Virus record (IMG/VR): IMGVR_UViG_3300014656_000110 | Span: 1 to 26,705 of that record | DNA from: a virus | Taxonomy: Duplodnaviria; Caudoviricetes | Length of the DNA stretch: 26,705 nt | Reading direction: 5' to 3' (one strand) | Shown: positions 8,760 to 18,067 of the stretch, piece after piece | Layout of the letters: every line of letters starts with the position of its first letter | Position numbering within the stretch: the stretch's first letter is position 1 | Program-made: the position numbers and the translations under genes | The notes under the pieces: generated by a model | Seen by the model: only the letters and a program-made list of their open reading frames with translations | Database searches by the model: none | Told to the model about the DNA's origin: nothing

Positions 8760-9779
8760 ATGGCTCTTAATCTCGCAAAAATCCAAGACAATCGTGCAAA
8801 AGCAAAAGAAGAAAAATCCAGACGTTCTGCAAATTTCTTTTCCATGCAAAATGGTCGCAACAACATCCGTATTCTACCCCCTTGGGAAGGATCAGATGAT
8901 TTTTCCAGGCCCATGGGAAAACATTGGAACCTTGGGCCAGAAGGAAAACAGAGTGCTTTTTGCCTCAAACAATGTGCGGCACTTCCATGTCCGATCTGTG
9001 AAGAAATTGACAAAATCTGGAAAACGAAACCCGACGATACCACCAAAGAATGGCTGAAGAATGTTAGTGCTTCTCAACGGTATTATATCAACCTGATCGA
9101 CCTGAACGACAAAGAAAAAGGTGTCCAGATTGGGGAACTCCCGAAAACAGTCCTTGAAGAGATTTGGAATATCATGGTCGATGAAGACACCGGTTTGGGC
9201 GACATTACTCATTGGGATAAAGGCTTTGATTTGATCATTGAGAAAACTGGTTTAGGCCTGTCCACCCGTTACAGTGTTCGAGCAAAAAGGGCTCCCTCTA
9301 AAATTGAACGCCATTTGTATGAAGAGGGAATGGTGAACTTGGAAGCCTTCGTCCGGACAGAATCTTATACAGATCTGAGATTACTCTGGGAAGGAAAACT
9401 CCCCACAGAAACCACTGCCCTGCCGGAACATATTGGTCCAATGACGGCCAAAGCTGCTCCTGAGCCTAAAATTATTGACGTTGTTTCCACGGATGTTACG
9501 GATCTCGTTGATTCCGGTTTACCCGCCTGTTTCGGCGGTTTCAATGAAACACTGGCCAAGTGCCTCGATTGTCCTGAGCAAGATGATTGTGAAGAGAAAA
9601 TGGAAGCTGAACGGGGAGCTGCCAATGAAGCGGAAGCGGCGGCATCTCTCACAAAGAAGGCCACTGAAGTTGCCCCGCCAGTTACCACAGCACCGGCACC
9701 GGCCACTGCAACCCCCGAATCCATGGATGAAATTCAAAGTGACCTAATGGCTGAAATGGAAAGGGCCATTAAATCTTAA
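8760..9779 (+). CDS. T4 gp32-like single-stranded DNA-binding protein with C-terminal 4-Cys CFG module
   Basis: IRILPP, H...C...CPICE Zn site, RYYINLID, GFDLIIEK; then PACFG-x8-CLDC-x4-DC. Start moved to the ATG at 8760 behind SD AAGGAG. Confidence 0.8.
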   Translation: MALNLAKIQDNRAKAKEEKSRRSANFFSMQNGRNNIRILPPWEGSDDFSRPMGKHWNLGPEGKQSAFCLKQCAALPCPICEEIDKIWKTKPDDTTKEWLKNVSASQRYYINLIDLNDKEKGVQIGELPKTVLEEIWNIMVDEDTGLGDITHWDKGFDLIIEKTGLGLSTRYSVRAKRAPSKIERHLYEEGMVNLEAFVRTESYTDLRLLWEGKLPTETTALPEHIGPMTAKAAPEPKIIDVVSTDVTDLVDSGLPACFGGFNETLAKCLDCPEQDDCEEKMEAERGAANEAEAAASLTKKATEVAPPVTTAPAPATATPESMDEIQSDLMAEMERAIKS

Positions 9780-9795
9780 CCCATAACTATAAAGA

Positions 9796-9817
9796 CCCCC
9801 AGATACTCTCCTGGGGG
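9796..9817 (+). other. Intergenic hairpin
   Basis: CCCCCAG / CTGGGGG stem. Confidence 0.55.
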
Positions 9818-9839
9818 CCTTACTCATAAAGGAGTATGA

Positions 9840-10772
9840 ATGTCGAATATTGTGATTGTAGATGGAAATAATCTGGTTTATGCCTCAAATTGTGCGATGA
9901 GACTCCACACATCGGATGACTTTCCAACACAGGCCATAAAAGGCTTTTTCAATTCGCTCCGTTCCTATGCCAAAAAGTTCCAACCAGATAAAATTTTTGT
10001 TGTTTGGGATGGCGGAAAATCAAAAGCAAGAATGGAACTTTGTCCAGATTACAAGGCCAACCGGGATGTAGAAAAAACCCCTCAAGACCAAATGGTTTAT
10101 GAAGAATTTCTCATGCAAATTCCGTTGATCAAAAAAGCGATCCTCGATCTGGGGATTTACAGTTGCTCCGGCACTGGTGTGGAGGGGGATGATCTTGCCG
10201 GGATGCTCGCAAGAATGGCCGAAAAACTCGGTAAGAAAGCCATTATCTGCTCCAGCGATAAGGATTTTTTCCAATTAGTGAATGACGCTATCAGCGTTTA
10301 CAATATTATTAACCGAGGAAAGAAAGAACGTCTTACCACCTTGGAAAATATGGAAGAACTCCACGGGCTACCACCGGAACAATGGCTTGAATTCAAAGCC
10401 ATGCTCGGTGATAAATCGGATAATATCCTGGGTATCAATGGTATCGGTGAAGTGACCGGTATCAACATCATGAAAAGGTTTGGTTCTATCGATGGTCTTG
10501 CTTTGGACCAAGCTTCAGAAACACCGACAAAGATCGGCAAACGGGAACAAAGGCTCCTTGAAAATGCCAACCGAGAACTTGTCGAACGTAACATTAAAAT
10601 GATGGACCTTCATAATCCCACCGGAAATTTTTCGACTGTCAAGGTTGTTTGTCAGGAACCAAATTTCCCGTCTCTTAGGGAATTTTTTAAAGAGTATGAA
10701 CTAAAATCATTTTATCTGGAATTCAATTCATGGGTATCAGATTTCAATTCAATAAGAACCGTGGAGACATAA
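9840..10772 (+). CDS. 5'-3' exonuclease / flap endonuclease (PolI N-terminal, T4 RNase H type)
   Basis: VDGNN, VWDGG, YKANR, EGDD, SSDKDF, GDKSDNILGINGIG. Confidence 0.93.
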   Translation: MSNIVIVDGNNLVYASNCAMRLHTSDDFPTQAIKGFFNSLRSYAKKFQPDKIFVVWDGGKSKARMELCPDYKANRDVEKTPQDQMVYEEFLMQIPLIKKAILDLGIYSCSGTGVEGDDLAGMLARMAEKLGKKAIICSSDKDFFQLVNDAISVYNIINRGKKERLTTLENMEELHGLPPEQWLEFKAMLGDKSDNILGINGIGEVTGINIMKRFGSIDGLALDQASETPTKIGKREQRLLENANRELVERNIKMMDLHNPTGNFSTVKVVCQEPNFPSLREFFKEYELKSFYLEFNSWVSDFNSIRTVET

Positions 10773-10777
10773 AAAGA

Positions 10778-11890
10778 ATGACAAGAAAACCGGCTATAAA
10801 AACAGATATTAACCTGGATGCCCTAATTAAAGATGTAAAAAATGCTTTAGGTAAACAGTTAACCGTTTTAAAAGATGTTTCCTTCTGGGTACCAACTGGA
10901 ATTCCTCGAATGGATCTTGCCCTCGGTGGTGGGATTCCAGCAGGAAAGCTCACCACATTGATTGGGAAAAAATCAGTTGGGAAATCAACCCTGACAATTC
11001 ATATTCTTTCCCGTATTCAGGCCATGTCTGGTCTTGCATTGGGTTTGGATGCTGAAAGAGCCAATCTGAAGTCCCGGTGTCTTGCCCAAGGAATTGATAT
11101 GGACCGGTATATTGGGGCGGAACCGGAATCATTGGATTCTTTTGAACGGGAAAATTTTAAGACAGGAAAAGCCGAAAAAGTAAAAGGGGCCTTTCAAATC
11201 ATGGAAGATGTCTTGAAAGTCGTTTATAAGCAATCCCCAGATCAGCTCGTCGGCGTTGTCCTCGATTCCGTTGCAGGATCTTCAGTTGCCTCTGAGATTG
11301 AAGCTGATTATGGTAAGGCCGGAATGGGAAAACACGCCCGTGTTTTGTCCCAGGCGTTCCGGAAAATCATGCCAATTGTGGGGGAAATGAACACCTGTTT
11401 TCTTTTGGTTAACCAGCTTAAAGAAAAGATCGGCGTTGTTTATGGCAGTCCCACCACATATATCGGGAAAAATCCAATTGATTTCAGTTCTGCCATTACA
11501 TTGGAAATGGTAAGTGGTGGTAATTTTCCCGATAAATCAACCGATCCCGAAGGCATTACCACAAAAATCTGGGTGTCAAAAAACAAAGTCTTCAAGCCTT
11601 TTACCAAGTTCAGTTACGTCACATGGTTTGATCGTGGAATTGATACTCTTTGGGAAACCATCGATTTCTTGAACAAAGAGTGTAAAGCCTTTGGGGCCTC
11701 ACCCGGTTATCTGGAATGGGACGGCAAAAAACGCCGTATGGCTGAGCTTTATGATATCGCCCTGGAAGAACCTGAAATTTCTGCAAAATTTGTAACAATG
11801 GCAAAGGAGGCGGTTGATGGAAAACTTAAAAATTATAAAGATTCGATGGTTAATCTTGGTTCTACGGTATCTAAACCGGCTGTTGCCTGA
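10778..11890 (+). CDS. recA: RecA/UvsX-like recombinase
   Basis: PTGIPRMDLALGGGIP, Walker A GKKSVGKST, LDSVA, NQLKEKIG, KNKV. Start at ATG 10778 preferred (upstream GGAG, no overlap with the previous gene). Confidence 0.92.
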   Translation: MTRKPAIKTDINLDALIKDVKNALGKQLTVLKDVSFWVPTGIPRMDLALGGGIPAGKLTTLIGKKSVGKSTLTIHILSRIQAMSGLALGLDAERANLKSRCLAQGIDMDRYIGAEPESLDSFERENFKTGKAEKVKGAFQIMEDVLKVVYKQSPDQLVGVVLDSVAGSSVASEIEADYGKAGMGKHARVLSQAFRKIMPIVGEMNTCFLLVNQLKEKIGVVYGSPTTYIGKNPIDFSSAITLEMVSGGNFPDKSTDPEGITTKIWVSKNKVFKPFTKFSYVTWFDRGIDTLWETIDFLNKECKAFGASPGYLEWDGKKRRMAELYDIALEEPEISAKFVTMAKEAVDGKLKNYKDSMVNLGSTVSKPAVA

Positions 11891-11977
11891 TGACAAATTT
11901 CTTACCCGGGAAAATGAACGGCTTCAGGGAAATCTCTCTAAAGTGCTTCAAAATAAATATAACGATATGGAATAGAC

Positions 11978-12184
11978 ATGAAAAAACTAATTGATTTCAA
12001 TTCCATCCCGGGTTTGATCGTTTTGGCATATGGATCTGATTGTTGGACTGACAAAGGAAAACCAATTCTTTTTAAAGTAAGGCGCCGGCGAAAACCCGGG
12101 CATATGGACGGTTGGATTTGTGTTCAGATTGTTATGTTTTTCATCTTCAATCTGAACATCGCATGGAAAGGGTCAATCACATAA
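11978..12184 (+). CDS. Small hypothetical protein with hydrophobic C-terminal segment
   Basis: 68-aa ORF filling the gap in operon orientation; weak SD. Confidence 0.45.
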   Translation: MKKLIDFNSIPGLIVLAYGSDCWTDKGKPILFKVRRRRKPGHMDGWICVQIVMFFIFNLNIAWKGSIT

Positions 12185-12188
12185 TAAT

Positions 12189-12240
12189 ACAGTAAATTTA
12201 ACGCTATATGTAAGTAGGGCCCATAGTCCCCTATTTACAT
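12189..12240 (+). promoter_or_regulatory. Degenerate motif copy 4 (ACAGTAAATTTAAC) followed by a hairpin at 12208-12240
   Basis: Matches ACAGTAAAT; stem ATGTAAGTAGGG / CCCTATTTACAT with one G-U pair, directly before the SD. Confidence 0.5.
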
Positions 12241-12255
12241 AAAGGGAGAATAAAA

Positions 12256-13338
12256 TTGAAAATAGTAGCTTACTCAGATCCACACCAGCATGATTATAAA
12301 AATCACTCCTGGACAACCGGAAGCGGTTTAAATAGTCGGGTTGAAGATGTAGCCAAAACAGTGTCAGAAGTTTATGAATATGCCGATCTTATCGGTGCGC
12401 CGGTCATTTTTGGTGGGGATATGTTCCAGATTAAGGGAAGTATCCCTGTTGCCGGATTCAATGAAATTTACAAGATTGTTTCCAAACGATTTAAATTAAC
12501 CCAACCCGACATTATGATCCCCGGGAACCATGATATGGCATCTGCCGATGGCAGCCGTCATGCCTTGGAAGTTTTTCATGATGGAACCAATTTGGTCATA
12601 GACCAGCCGAGTGTACTTTCTCCATGGCCAAACATCGTCGTGGCTGCCCTGCCCTTCCCTATGAAAAATGGCAAATTTAATATCCGCAAATTTGTAGAGG
12701 GTTACAATACTTGCCTTAGCGAAGTCAAAGACCCTAAATATGACGGATTTTTCCGAATACTGGTCAGCCATTGTTTCACCAACGAACTAATGGCCAAATA
12801 TCTGGGCATAGCCGGTGATATTTCTGGGAAAGATTTGCTTGAAGACTATAATTTTGTCCTCCTCGGTCACCACCACATTCATGATGTCATAGATAATGAA
12901 TGTGGTCATAAGTGTGTGAGTATTGGGGCTCCATTACAGCATACATTCAATGACGTTGCAGAAAAACGGGGCTTTATCGTTATAAACACAGAAACCATGT
13001 CGGTTGAACATAAACCCCTTCAAAGCCGTAAATTTTGGGCTTTTTCCGGTGAGTCTGAAATTTCCCCTGAGAAAGCAAAAGGCGGATTTATCCGTTGTCG
13101 TGTCAGCAGTAAAGCTGAAGGTGATCGGGCTCGAAAGAAACTTGAGGATGCCGGGGCCGTGTCGGTTGTCATCGAACTTATTCCCAAAACCCCTGTAAAG
13201 AAACGCCTGGATCTAACAACAGGCGCCAAAGATGAAGAGATCATCAAAAAGTTTATTGATTCCGAGTATTGCGAAACGGAATTGCACAAGCCAACGTTGC
13301 TTACCTTGGCCAATAAGTATCTGGAGAAAAGTGCGTAA
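12256..13338 (+). CDS. sbcD: Mre11/SbcD/gp47-like metallophosphoesterase nuclease
   Basis: SDPH, GDMF, GNHD, SH and GHHH motifs; TTG start with SD GGGAG; near Rad50. Confidence 0.9.
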   Translation: MKIVAYSDPHQHDYKNHSWTTGSGLNSRVEDVAKTVSEVYEYADLIGAPVIFGGDMFQIKGSIPVAGFNEIYKIVSKRFKLTQPDIMIPGNHDMASADGSRHALEVFHDGTNLVIDQPSVLSPWPNIVVAALPFPMKNGKFNIRKFVEGYNTCLSEVKDPKYDGFFRILVSHCFTNELMAKYLGIAGDISGKDLLEDYNFVLLGHHHIHDVIDNECGHKCVSIGAPLQHTFNDVAEKRGFIVINTETMSVEHKPLQSRKFWAFSGESEISPEKAKGGFIRCRVSSKAEGDRARKKLEDAGAVSVVIELIPKTPVKKRLDLTTGAKDEEIIKKFIDSEYCETELHKPTLLTLANKYLEKSA

Positions 13339-13352
13339 GGAGATCAGATCAA

Positions 13353-14057
13353 ATGACAATTAAAAAGAGAGAATCCACATGGGACATTGCGGCACCCGCC
13401 AAACCGAAGAAACCGGAAATAAAAGCAGAGAATAAAGCTCCGTGGGATGAAGATGATGAAATATATCCGCCCGCCCCAGTGAAAGCAAGCCCCGCTGGTG
13501 ATTTTGTTGATTCCATGGGCACTCCGGTGGTTGAAGTGGCTCCTATGCCGAAACCAAAAAAGAAACGTATTACAAAACCTTCTAAACCGGAACCAGAACT
13601 ACATATCGATTTTGAGGATCTGGACATTGAGCCACCATTTGTTGATGAGTTTAAAGAAGAGTACGGGGCGTATCCTATTCTTTCCGTTAAAAATTTCTGC
13701 AAATTGCCACTTAGGTACGACATCGGCACCGGAAAGACCCGGTTCCGTATGCAATCCTTTGAAAAGGGGGATGAGCTGAAAGTTACCGGGACAGAATCAG
13801 GGAAGAAAGTCAAAATAAATATTCTTTGTAAACATCGCAGTGAGGTGTTGGTTCTCGAACCGAACATGATCACCAGATTTTGTAAGGTCATTAATCCCCT
13901 CCATTCTTCTTTCCGGTCGTTGGCCAAGGATGAAGGTATTGATTTGGACAAGTTGAAGGTTTCCAAAACAAAAAAGGCAAAAATTGATCCTGCAAAAGCA
14001 AAAGAATTCCAAGAAGCAATCGAGAAAAGAAAAAGGGAGGCAATGTTCTCAATATGA
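13353..14057 (+). CDS. Hypothetical protein between Mre11 and Rad50
   Basis: SD AAGGAG; P/K-rich disordered N-half; ATGA overlap with the next gene; similar short motif at both termini. Confidence 0.75.
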   Translation: MTIKKRESTWDIAAPAKPKKPEIKAENKAPWDEDDEIYPPAPVKASPAGDFVDSMGTPVVEVAPMPKPKKKRITKPSKPEPELHIDFEDLDIEPPFVDEFKEEYGAYPILSVKNFCKLPLRYDIGTGKTRFRMQSFEKGDELKVTGTESGKKVKINILCKHRSEVLVLEPNMITRFCKVINPLHSSFRSLAKDEGIDLDKLKVSKTKKAKIDPAKAKEFQEAIEKRKREAMFSI

Positions 14058-15988
14058 AATTAATTGATACAACAATAGAAAATTTTATGTCCTTCGGCCC
14101 GGAAGTAACCCAGTCGTGGGAAGATATCGGTTTGGTGCTTTTTGAGGGCGTTAATAACGTGGCTAAATCGGCCAGTTCCAACGGTTCCGGAAAAACCAAC
14201 CTCATGGAATCCGTTATCTGGGCTTTTTACGGCCAAACAACCAAAGGGGTTGGTGTCGATGATGTGGTTAATGACATTGCCAAAAAGGGGTGTAAGGTCA
14301 CAAACCGTTTGGGTGATCCCGTCACTGGCAATCACTGGACAATCACCCGAACCCGGAAGGATGAAGAACTTGGAAACAGCCTGATCTTCAAACAAATCAA
14401 ACCGGATGGTGAAATTGTCGATCTGTCCGGTGTGGATATGACCGCAACCCAAGACAATATCAGCAATTTTCTTGGGGGTGGGTTCACCTTGTTTTGTAAT
14501 TCCACTTATTTTTCCCAGAACAATATTAAACCGTTTTCATTGTTTACTGACAAACAAATCAAGGATGCCCTGGTCGAAGCCTTGGATTTAAACCGGTTTT
14601 TTGTTGCCCTTGGCCATGTCCGGACAGACTTGAAAGCAGTCCGGACTGAATTTGATATGGTTACCGGCAAACTTGCCAGGGTTGAAGAGGAAAGGACCGA
14701 GATATCAAACCGTCTTCATGATTATGAAACCCAAGAAGTGGGGTTTAAATCGAAAAAGAGATGTGAAATTGAGGAACTGAATAAAAAGTCTGATGTTTTC
14801 AAAAAGAGAATCGAAGCCGCAGAACTTTATAAGACACGCCGCGGACAACTTCTCAAAGAAATTGAAGAAAAAATGGCAACAACCACCGAATCCACAGCAG
14901 CAGCCGACTGGGAAAAGGTTCTTGAAAGTTCCAAACCCCTGGCAACCAATATCAGAATTCTTGAAACCAAATACGCCGATATTCATCGTGATTTCACCGT
15001 TAAAAAGACTGAAGCACTTAATATTAACAGACGGGTCGGAACTGGTTGCAGCGAATGTGGCAAAGAAATCACAAAAGAAGATGTTGGTTCCGTATTGGAA
15101 GCCACAAATGCAATCGCTGAAAAGCTCCGTAAGAAGGTTGAGGACATGGATTTGTTGATAACAAGGGCTAAGGGAGCCAATTCTGTTTATAACGAGCGTA
15201 TCGAAGAATTAGAGGTCGAACTGGAAGTAATTGCTTCTGTCCGTTCTGAGATCGAAAAACATCAAAAGGATTTGGAAGAAATTAAATATCATATTTCCAT
15301 AATCCCCGGCCTTGTTCTGGAAATGGAAGAGGTAGTAACAGCCGTTGAATTAAAAGAAAAAGAAGAGAGTCCCTTTTCCGGTTTGATCCACAAAGAAAAA
15401 ACCCTGCTTGAAGAGAGCCATCCCCGTGAGACTGCTCTAAAACGGTTACAGAACACAAAAAAAGATGAGATTGAACAATTGGAATTCTTGGAATTCATGT
15501 TTGGTTATTCTGGAATTCCAACATTCCTCCTCGATTCGGTTGTCCCGTTTCTCAATGAACGTTCTAACCATTATGCCACCCTGGTTTGTGAAGGCGAAGT
15601 TCAACTTTCTTTTTCCACCACAAGCAGAACAAAGACCGGGAAAATCAAAGAGAAGTTTGCCATTGATGTGATTCATACTTCCGGGGCCAAAAAATATAAA
15701 GGGATCTCAGGGGGAGAACGAAAAAGAGCCGATATTTGCATTGCTCAAGCCATGCAGGATCTTTGCCGGTCATATGGGAAGAATCCCCTTGATATCGTGT
15801 TTTATGATGAGCCTTTTGAACATCTGGATTCAACCGGAACGGCCGGAGTATCTGAAATGCTTTCCGCAATTCAAAAAGAACTCGGAACAGTGGCGGTTGT
15901 CACCCATGACGATGAAATGAAATCTGCTTTTACAAATACAATTACTGTTGTCAAAGACACCGATGGTTATAGCCGTTTAGTGGCATAA
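14054..15988 (+). CDS. sbcC: Rad50/SbcC/gp46-like ABC ATPase
   Basis: IENFMSF, NGSGKT, Q-loop FSQ, coiled coil with CSEC zinc hook, signature ISGGE, FYDE, VTH. Confidence 0.93.
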   Translation: MKLIDTTIENFMSFGPEVTQSWEDIGLVLFEGVNNVAKSASSNGSGKTNLMESVIWAFYGQTTKGVGVDDVVNDIAKKGCKVTNRLGDPVTGNHWTITRTRKDEELGNSLIFKQIKPDGEIVDLSGVDMTATQDNISNFLGGGFTLFCNSTYFSQNNIKPFSLFTDKQIKDALVEALDLNRFFVALGHVRTDLKAVRTEFDMVTGKLARVEEERTEISNRLHDYETQEVGFKSKKRCEIEELNKKSDVFKKRIEAAELYKTRRGQLLKEIEEKMATTTESTAAADWEKVLESSKPLATNIRILETKYADIHRDFTVKKTEALNINRRVGTGCSECGKEITKEDVGSVLEATNAIAEKLRKKVEDMDLLITRAKGANSVYNERIEELEVELEVIASVRSEIEKHQKDLEEIKYHISIIPGLVLEMEEVVTAVELKEKEESPFSGLIHKEKTLLEESHPRETALKRLQNTKKDEIEQLEFLEFMFGYSGIPTFLLDSVVPFLNERSNHYATLVCEGEVQLSFSTTSRTKTGKIKEKFAIDVIHTSGAKKYKGISGGERKRADICIAQAMQDLCRSYGKNPLDIVFYDEPFEHLDSTGTAGVSEMLSAIQKELGTVAVVTHDDEMKSAFTNTITVVKDTDGYSRLVA

Positions 15989-15997
15989 AGGGGATAC

Positions 15998-16291
15998 ATG
16001 GAACAAACTTTTAAAATCAATGAGAATGGTCTTATTTCAACGGTCCAGGGGGAGATTATAAAGCTCAAGGGGTATTCAAAATTTAAGTTTTTCGCCCACA
16101 AGACAAAAGACATTGGTTGGTCAATAAGGGAGTTAACCACTGGGCATTGTGCTCATTCAGGGAACAGCCGGAACCTAACGGAACTGAAAGCGCGGGCCAG
16201 AGATTACCTGAAAGAACAAACAGGCGGCAAAGTTAAGGCTTTACAGGAAGAAATTGCCAAATATGAAATTTTGAACAAAGAGGAAGAATAG
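15998..16291 (+). CDS. Hypothetical phage protein
   Basis: SD AAGGGA; operonic; WSIRELTTG segment is typical of small phage proteins. Confidence 0.7.
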   Translation: MEQTFKINENGLISTVQGEIIKLKGYSKFKFFAHKTKDIGWSIRELTTGHCAHSGNSRNLTELKARARDYLKEQTGGKVKALQEEIAKYEILNKEEE

Positions 16292-16293
16292 AT

Positions 16294-16389
16294 ATGGATA
16301 AACGGCTCAGCAAGGGCAAGAATTCGACAAAGTTTTCATTTACCCAGAATGTGGCCACAACCCAAAAAAAAGGGGAAAGAATAATATGA
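16294..16389 (+). CDS. Possible 31-aa peptide (MDKRLSKGKNSTKFSFTQNVATTQKKGERII)
   Basis: Fills the gap exactly; upstream GAGGA; stop overlaps the thyX start as ATGA. Not in the ORF track. Confidence 0.3.
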   Translation: MDKRLSKGKNSTKFSFTQNVATTQKKGERII

Positions 16390-17336
16390 AAATAATTGAA
16401 CAATCCCATAAAATTTTGTCCTATGAAGACCCCTTAAAATTGATCGAAGCTGCTGGCCGGACCTGTTACAAATCTGAAGATAAAACCACTGAAGATTCGG
16501 CTGCCCGGTTTGTGAAGATGATCGTCAAGTCTGGTCATCTTTCTGTATTGGAGCATGCTTCTATCTGTTTTATGGTTGGTAGTGATGCCTTGTGGTTTTT
16601 CAGGGAATCCGTCCACTCCAAATATCTGAATATCACCCACGATGATCAACCGTTGGTTTCAGGCAATCTCAGGACTTGGTTGGAATTTTTCAAAACCGAA
16701 TGTGGTCGGGAGAGGTTGTGGGTTCCTATTGATGTATGCCAGATTGCCCAATATCTGCACAAAGAGTATCCCATGATTTTTCCTGAATACTATAAACAGG
16801 TTCCGGGGCAGGCCAGTTTAATGACGGAATCTGAAATGACAAACCAGAAAAAGCTCATTCATGCAACCAGGACTGTCCGGGTAATCACCGACAGAGGGAT
16901 ACAACAGGAAATCACAAGACATAGACCTTGGGCGTATTCCATCGAATCAACCAGATATGTGAAGTATGACGATGAAATAAAGTTTATCAAACCCGTCTGG
17001 GGCTCTGATGACCTTTTGATTGAAGAAACTCAACTATCAAGGGCTTTAGACCCATTAACTTTGGCCGAAAGGGTATGGTTGAATAAAATGGTGTCGGATG
17101 AAGACGATTATAGATTTCTTCTGAAAAACGGTTGGAAACCAGAACAAGCCAGATCCATTCTTCCCCTTTCACTGGCTGGTGAGATTGTCATGACTGCTAC
17201 CTTGGGAGAATGGGCTCATATGCTCAAACAGAGAACAGGCAAGGCAGCACACCCACAGATAGTTGCCCTTATGAAACCCTTACTCAAAGAACTTCAAAGT
17301 AATATTTCCGTCGTATTTGATGATATCGAGAGTTAA
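16386..17336 (+). CDS. thyX: Flavin-dependent thymidylate synthase with internal insertion
   Basis: AGRTCYKS, GHLSVLEH, RHR-x7-S (RHRPWAYSIESTRY), EQARSILP, AHPQI. Confidence 0.93.
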   Translation: MKIIEQSHKILSYEDPLKLIEAAGRTCYKSEDKTTEDSAARFVKMIVKSGHLSVLEHASICFMVGSDALWFFRESVHSKYLNITHDDQPLVSGNLRTWLEFFKTECGRERLWVPIDVCQIAQYLHKEYPMIFPEYYKQVPGQASLMTESEMTNQKKLIHATRTVRVITDRGIQQEITRHRPWAYSIESTRYVKYDDEIKFIKPVWGSDDLLIEETQLSRALDPLTLAERVWLNKMVSDEDDYRFLLKNGWKPEQARSILPLSLAGEIVMTATLGEWAHMLKQRTGKAAHPQIVALMKPLLKELQSNISVVFDDIES

Positions 17337-17368
17337 TAAAAAATCAACCTACTGATGTATTTAGTGGA

Positions 17369-17403
17369 TTAACCAGTTACACCTTGAAGGCGTAACTGGC
17401 TAA
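17369..17403 (-). terminator. Hairpin between convergent thyX and the minus-strand gene
   Basis: Read on the minus strand, TTAGCCAGTTACGCCT-TCA-AGGTGTAACTGGTTAA pairs fully using two G-U pairs; these are A-C mismatches on the plus strand. Confidence 0.6.
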
Positions 17404-17415
17404 GAGGTGGTTTTG

Positions 17416-17595
17416 TTATGATGTTGAAATCTCTTCAGATATTTTTACAAGTTCATTATATGTTTCCCTCAAAACATGAGGGAGCTTGTCTTGTCCGCAA
17501 CCATCACCAGCTGCCCCTCCCTCGGCAGCAGCTTTAGTTATTGAAACGGCTGTAGCTAAGAGTTGTTTTTTTTCAATTGAAGTTAATTTTGACAT
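17416..17595 (-). CDS. 59-aa protein, only credible minus-strand gene (MSKLTSIEKKQLLATAVSITKAAAEGGAAGDGCGQDKLPHVLRETYNELVKISEEISTS)
   Basis: Hand-translated; SD GAGGAGG about 5 nt before the ATG; fills an otherwise empty gap; followed by a strand-matched hairpin. Below the ORF-track cutoff. Confidence 0.75.
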   Translation of the reverse strand: MSKLTSIEKKQLLATAVSITKAAAEGGAAGDGCGQDKLPHVLRETYNELVKISEEISTS

Positions 17596-17728
17596 TTAAT
17601 CCTCCTCGAAAAGTGGTTTTTAAATAATGGAAAAAACACATAGAGGGGCGTAGCAAAGATAAAAAATGAAAGCAACTAAATAATATAAAGAGTGGATAAA
17701 CATCCCTCAACAGAAATAAGGAGAGATC

Positions 17729-18067
17729 ATGAAATATAGAATTGAACGAGATGTAACCAATTTCCATGGGAGCCAAACCTTTGAATGTGATGCAGATTCA
17801 AAAGAAGAGGCCATGAAAAAATTTGAAAAAGGCGATGACATATTTATTGAACAGGACATCGAGGTGACCAACCTTTCTGATGTCACCATCGAAGAAATTT
17901 ATGAATGGCAACCAGAGCCGGAAGAGGAACCAGAACCAAAATATTGCACCGAGTGTGGAGGACAAGAGGATTTTGCCTACCTTTACACATACGCCAATGG
18001 GGATGAGTGGAAATGTGGATCTTGCGGAAAAGTTTTTATTTGGCCCGAAGATAAAGGAGGTGATTAA
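17729..18067 (+). CDS. Acidic hypothetical protein with C-terminal Zn ribbon
   Basis: SD AAGGAG; CTEC...CGSC. Confidence 0.75.
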   Translation: MKYRIERDVTNFHGSQTFECDADSKEEAMKKFEKGDDIFIEQDIEVTNLSDVTIEEIYEWQPEPEEEPEPKYCTECGGQEDFAYLYTYANGDEWKCGSCGKVFIWPEDKGGD

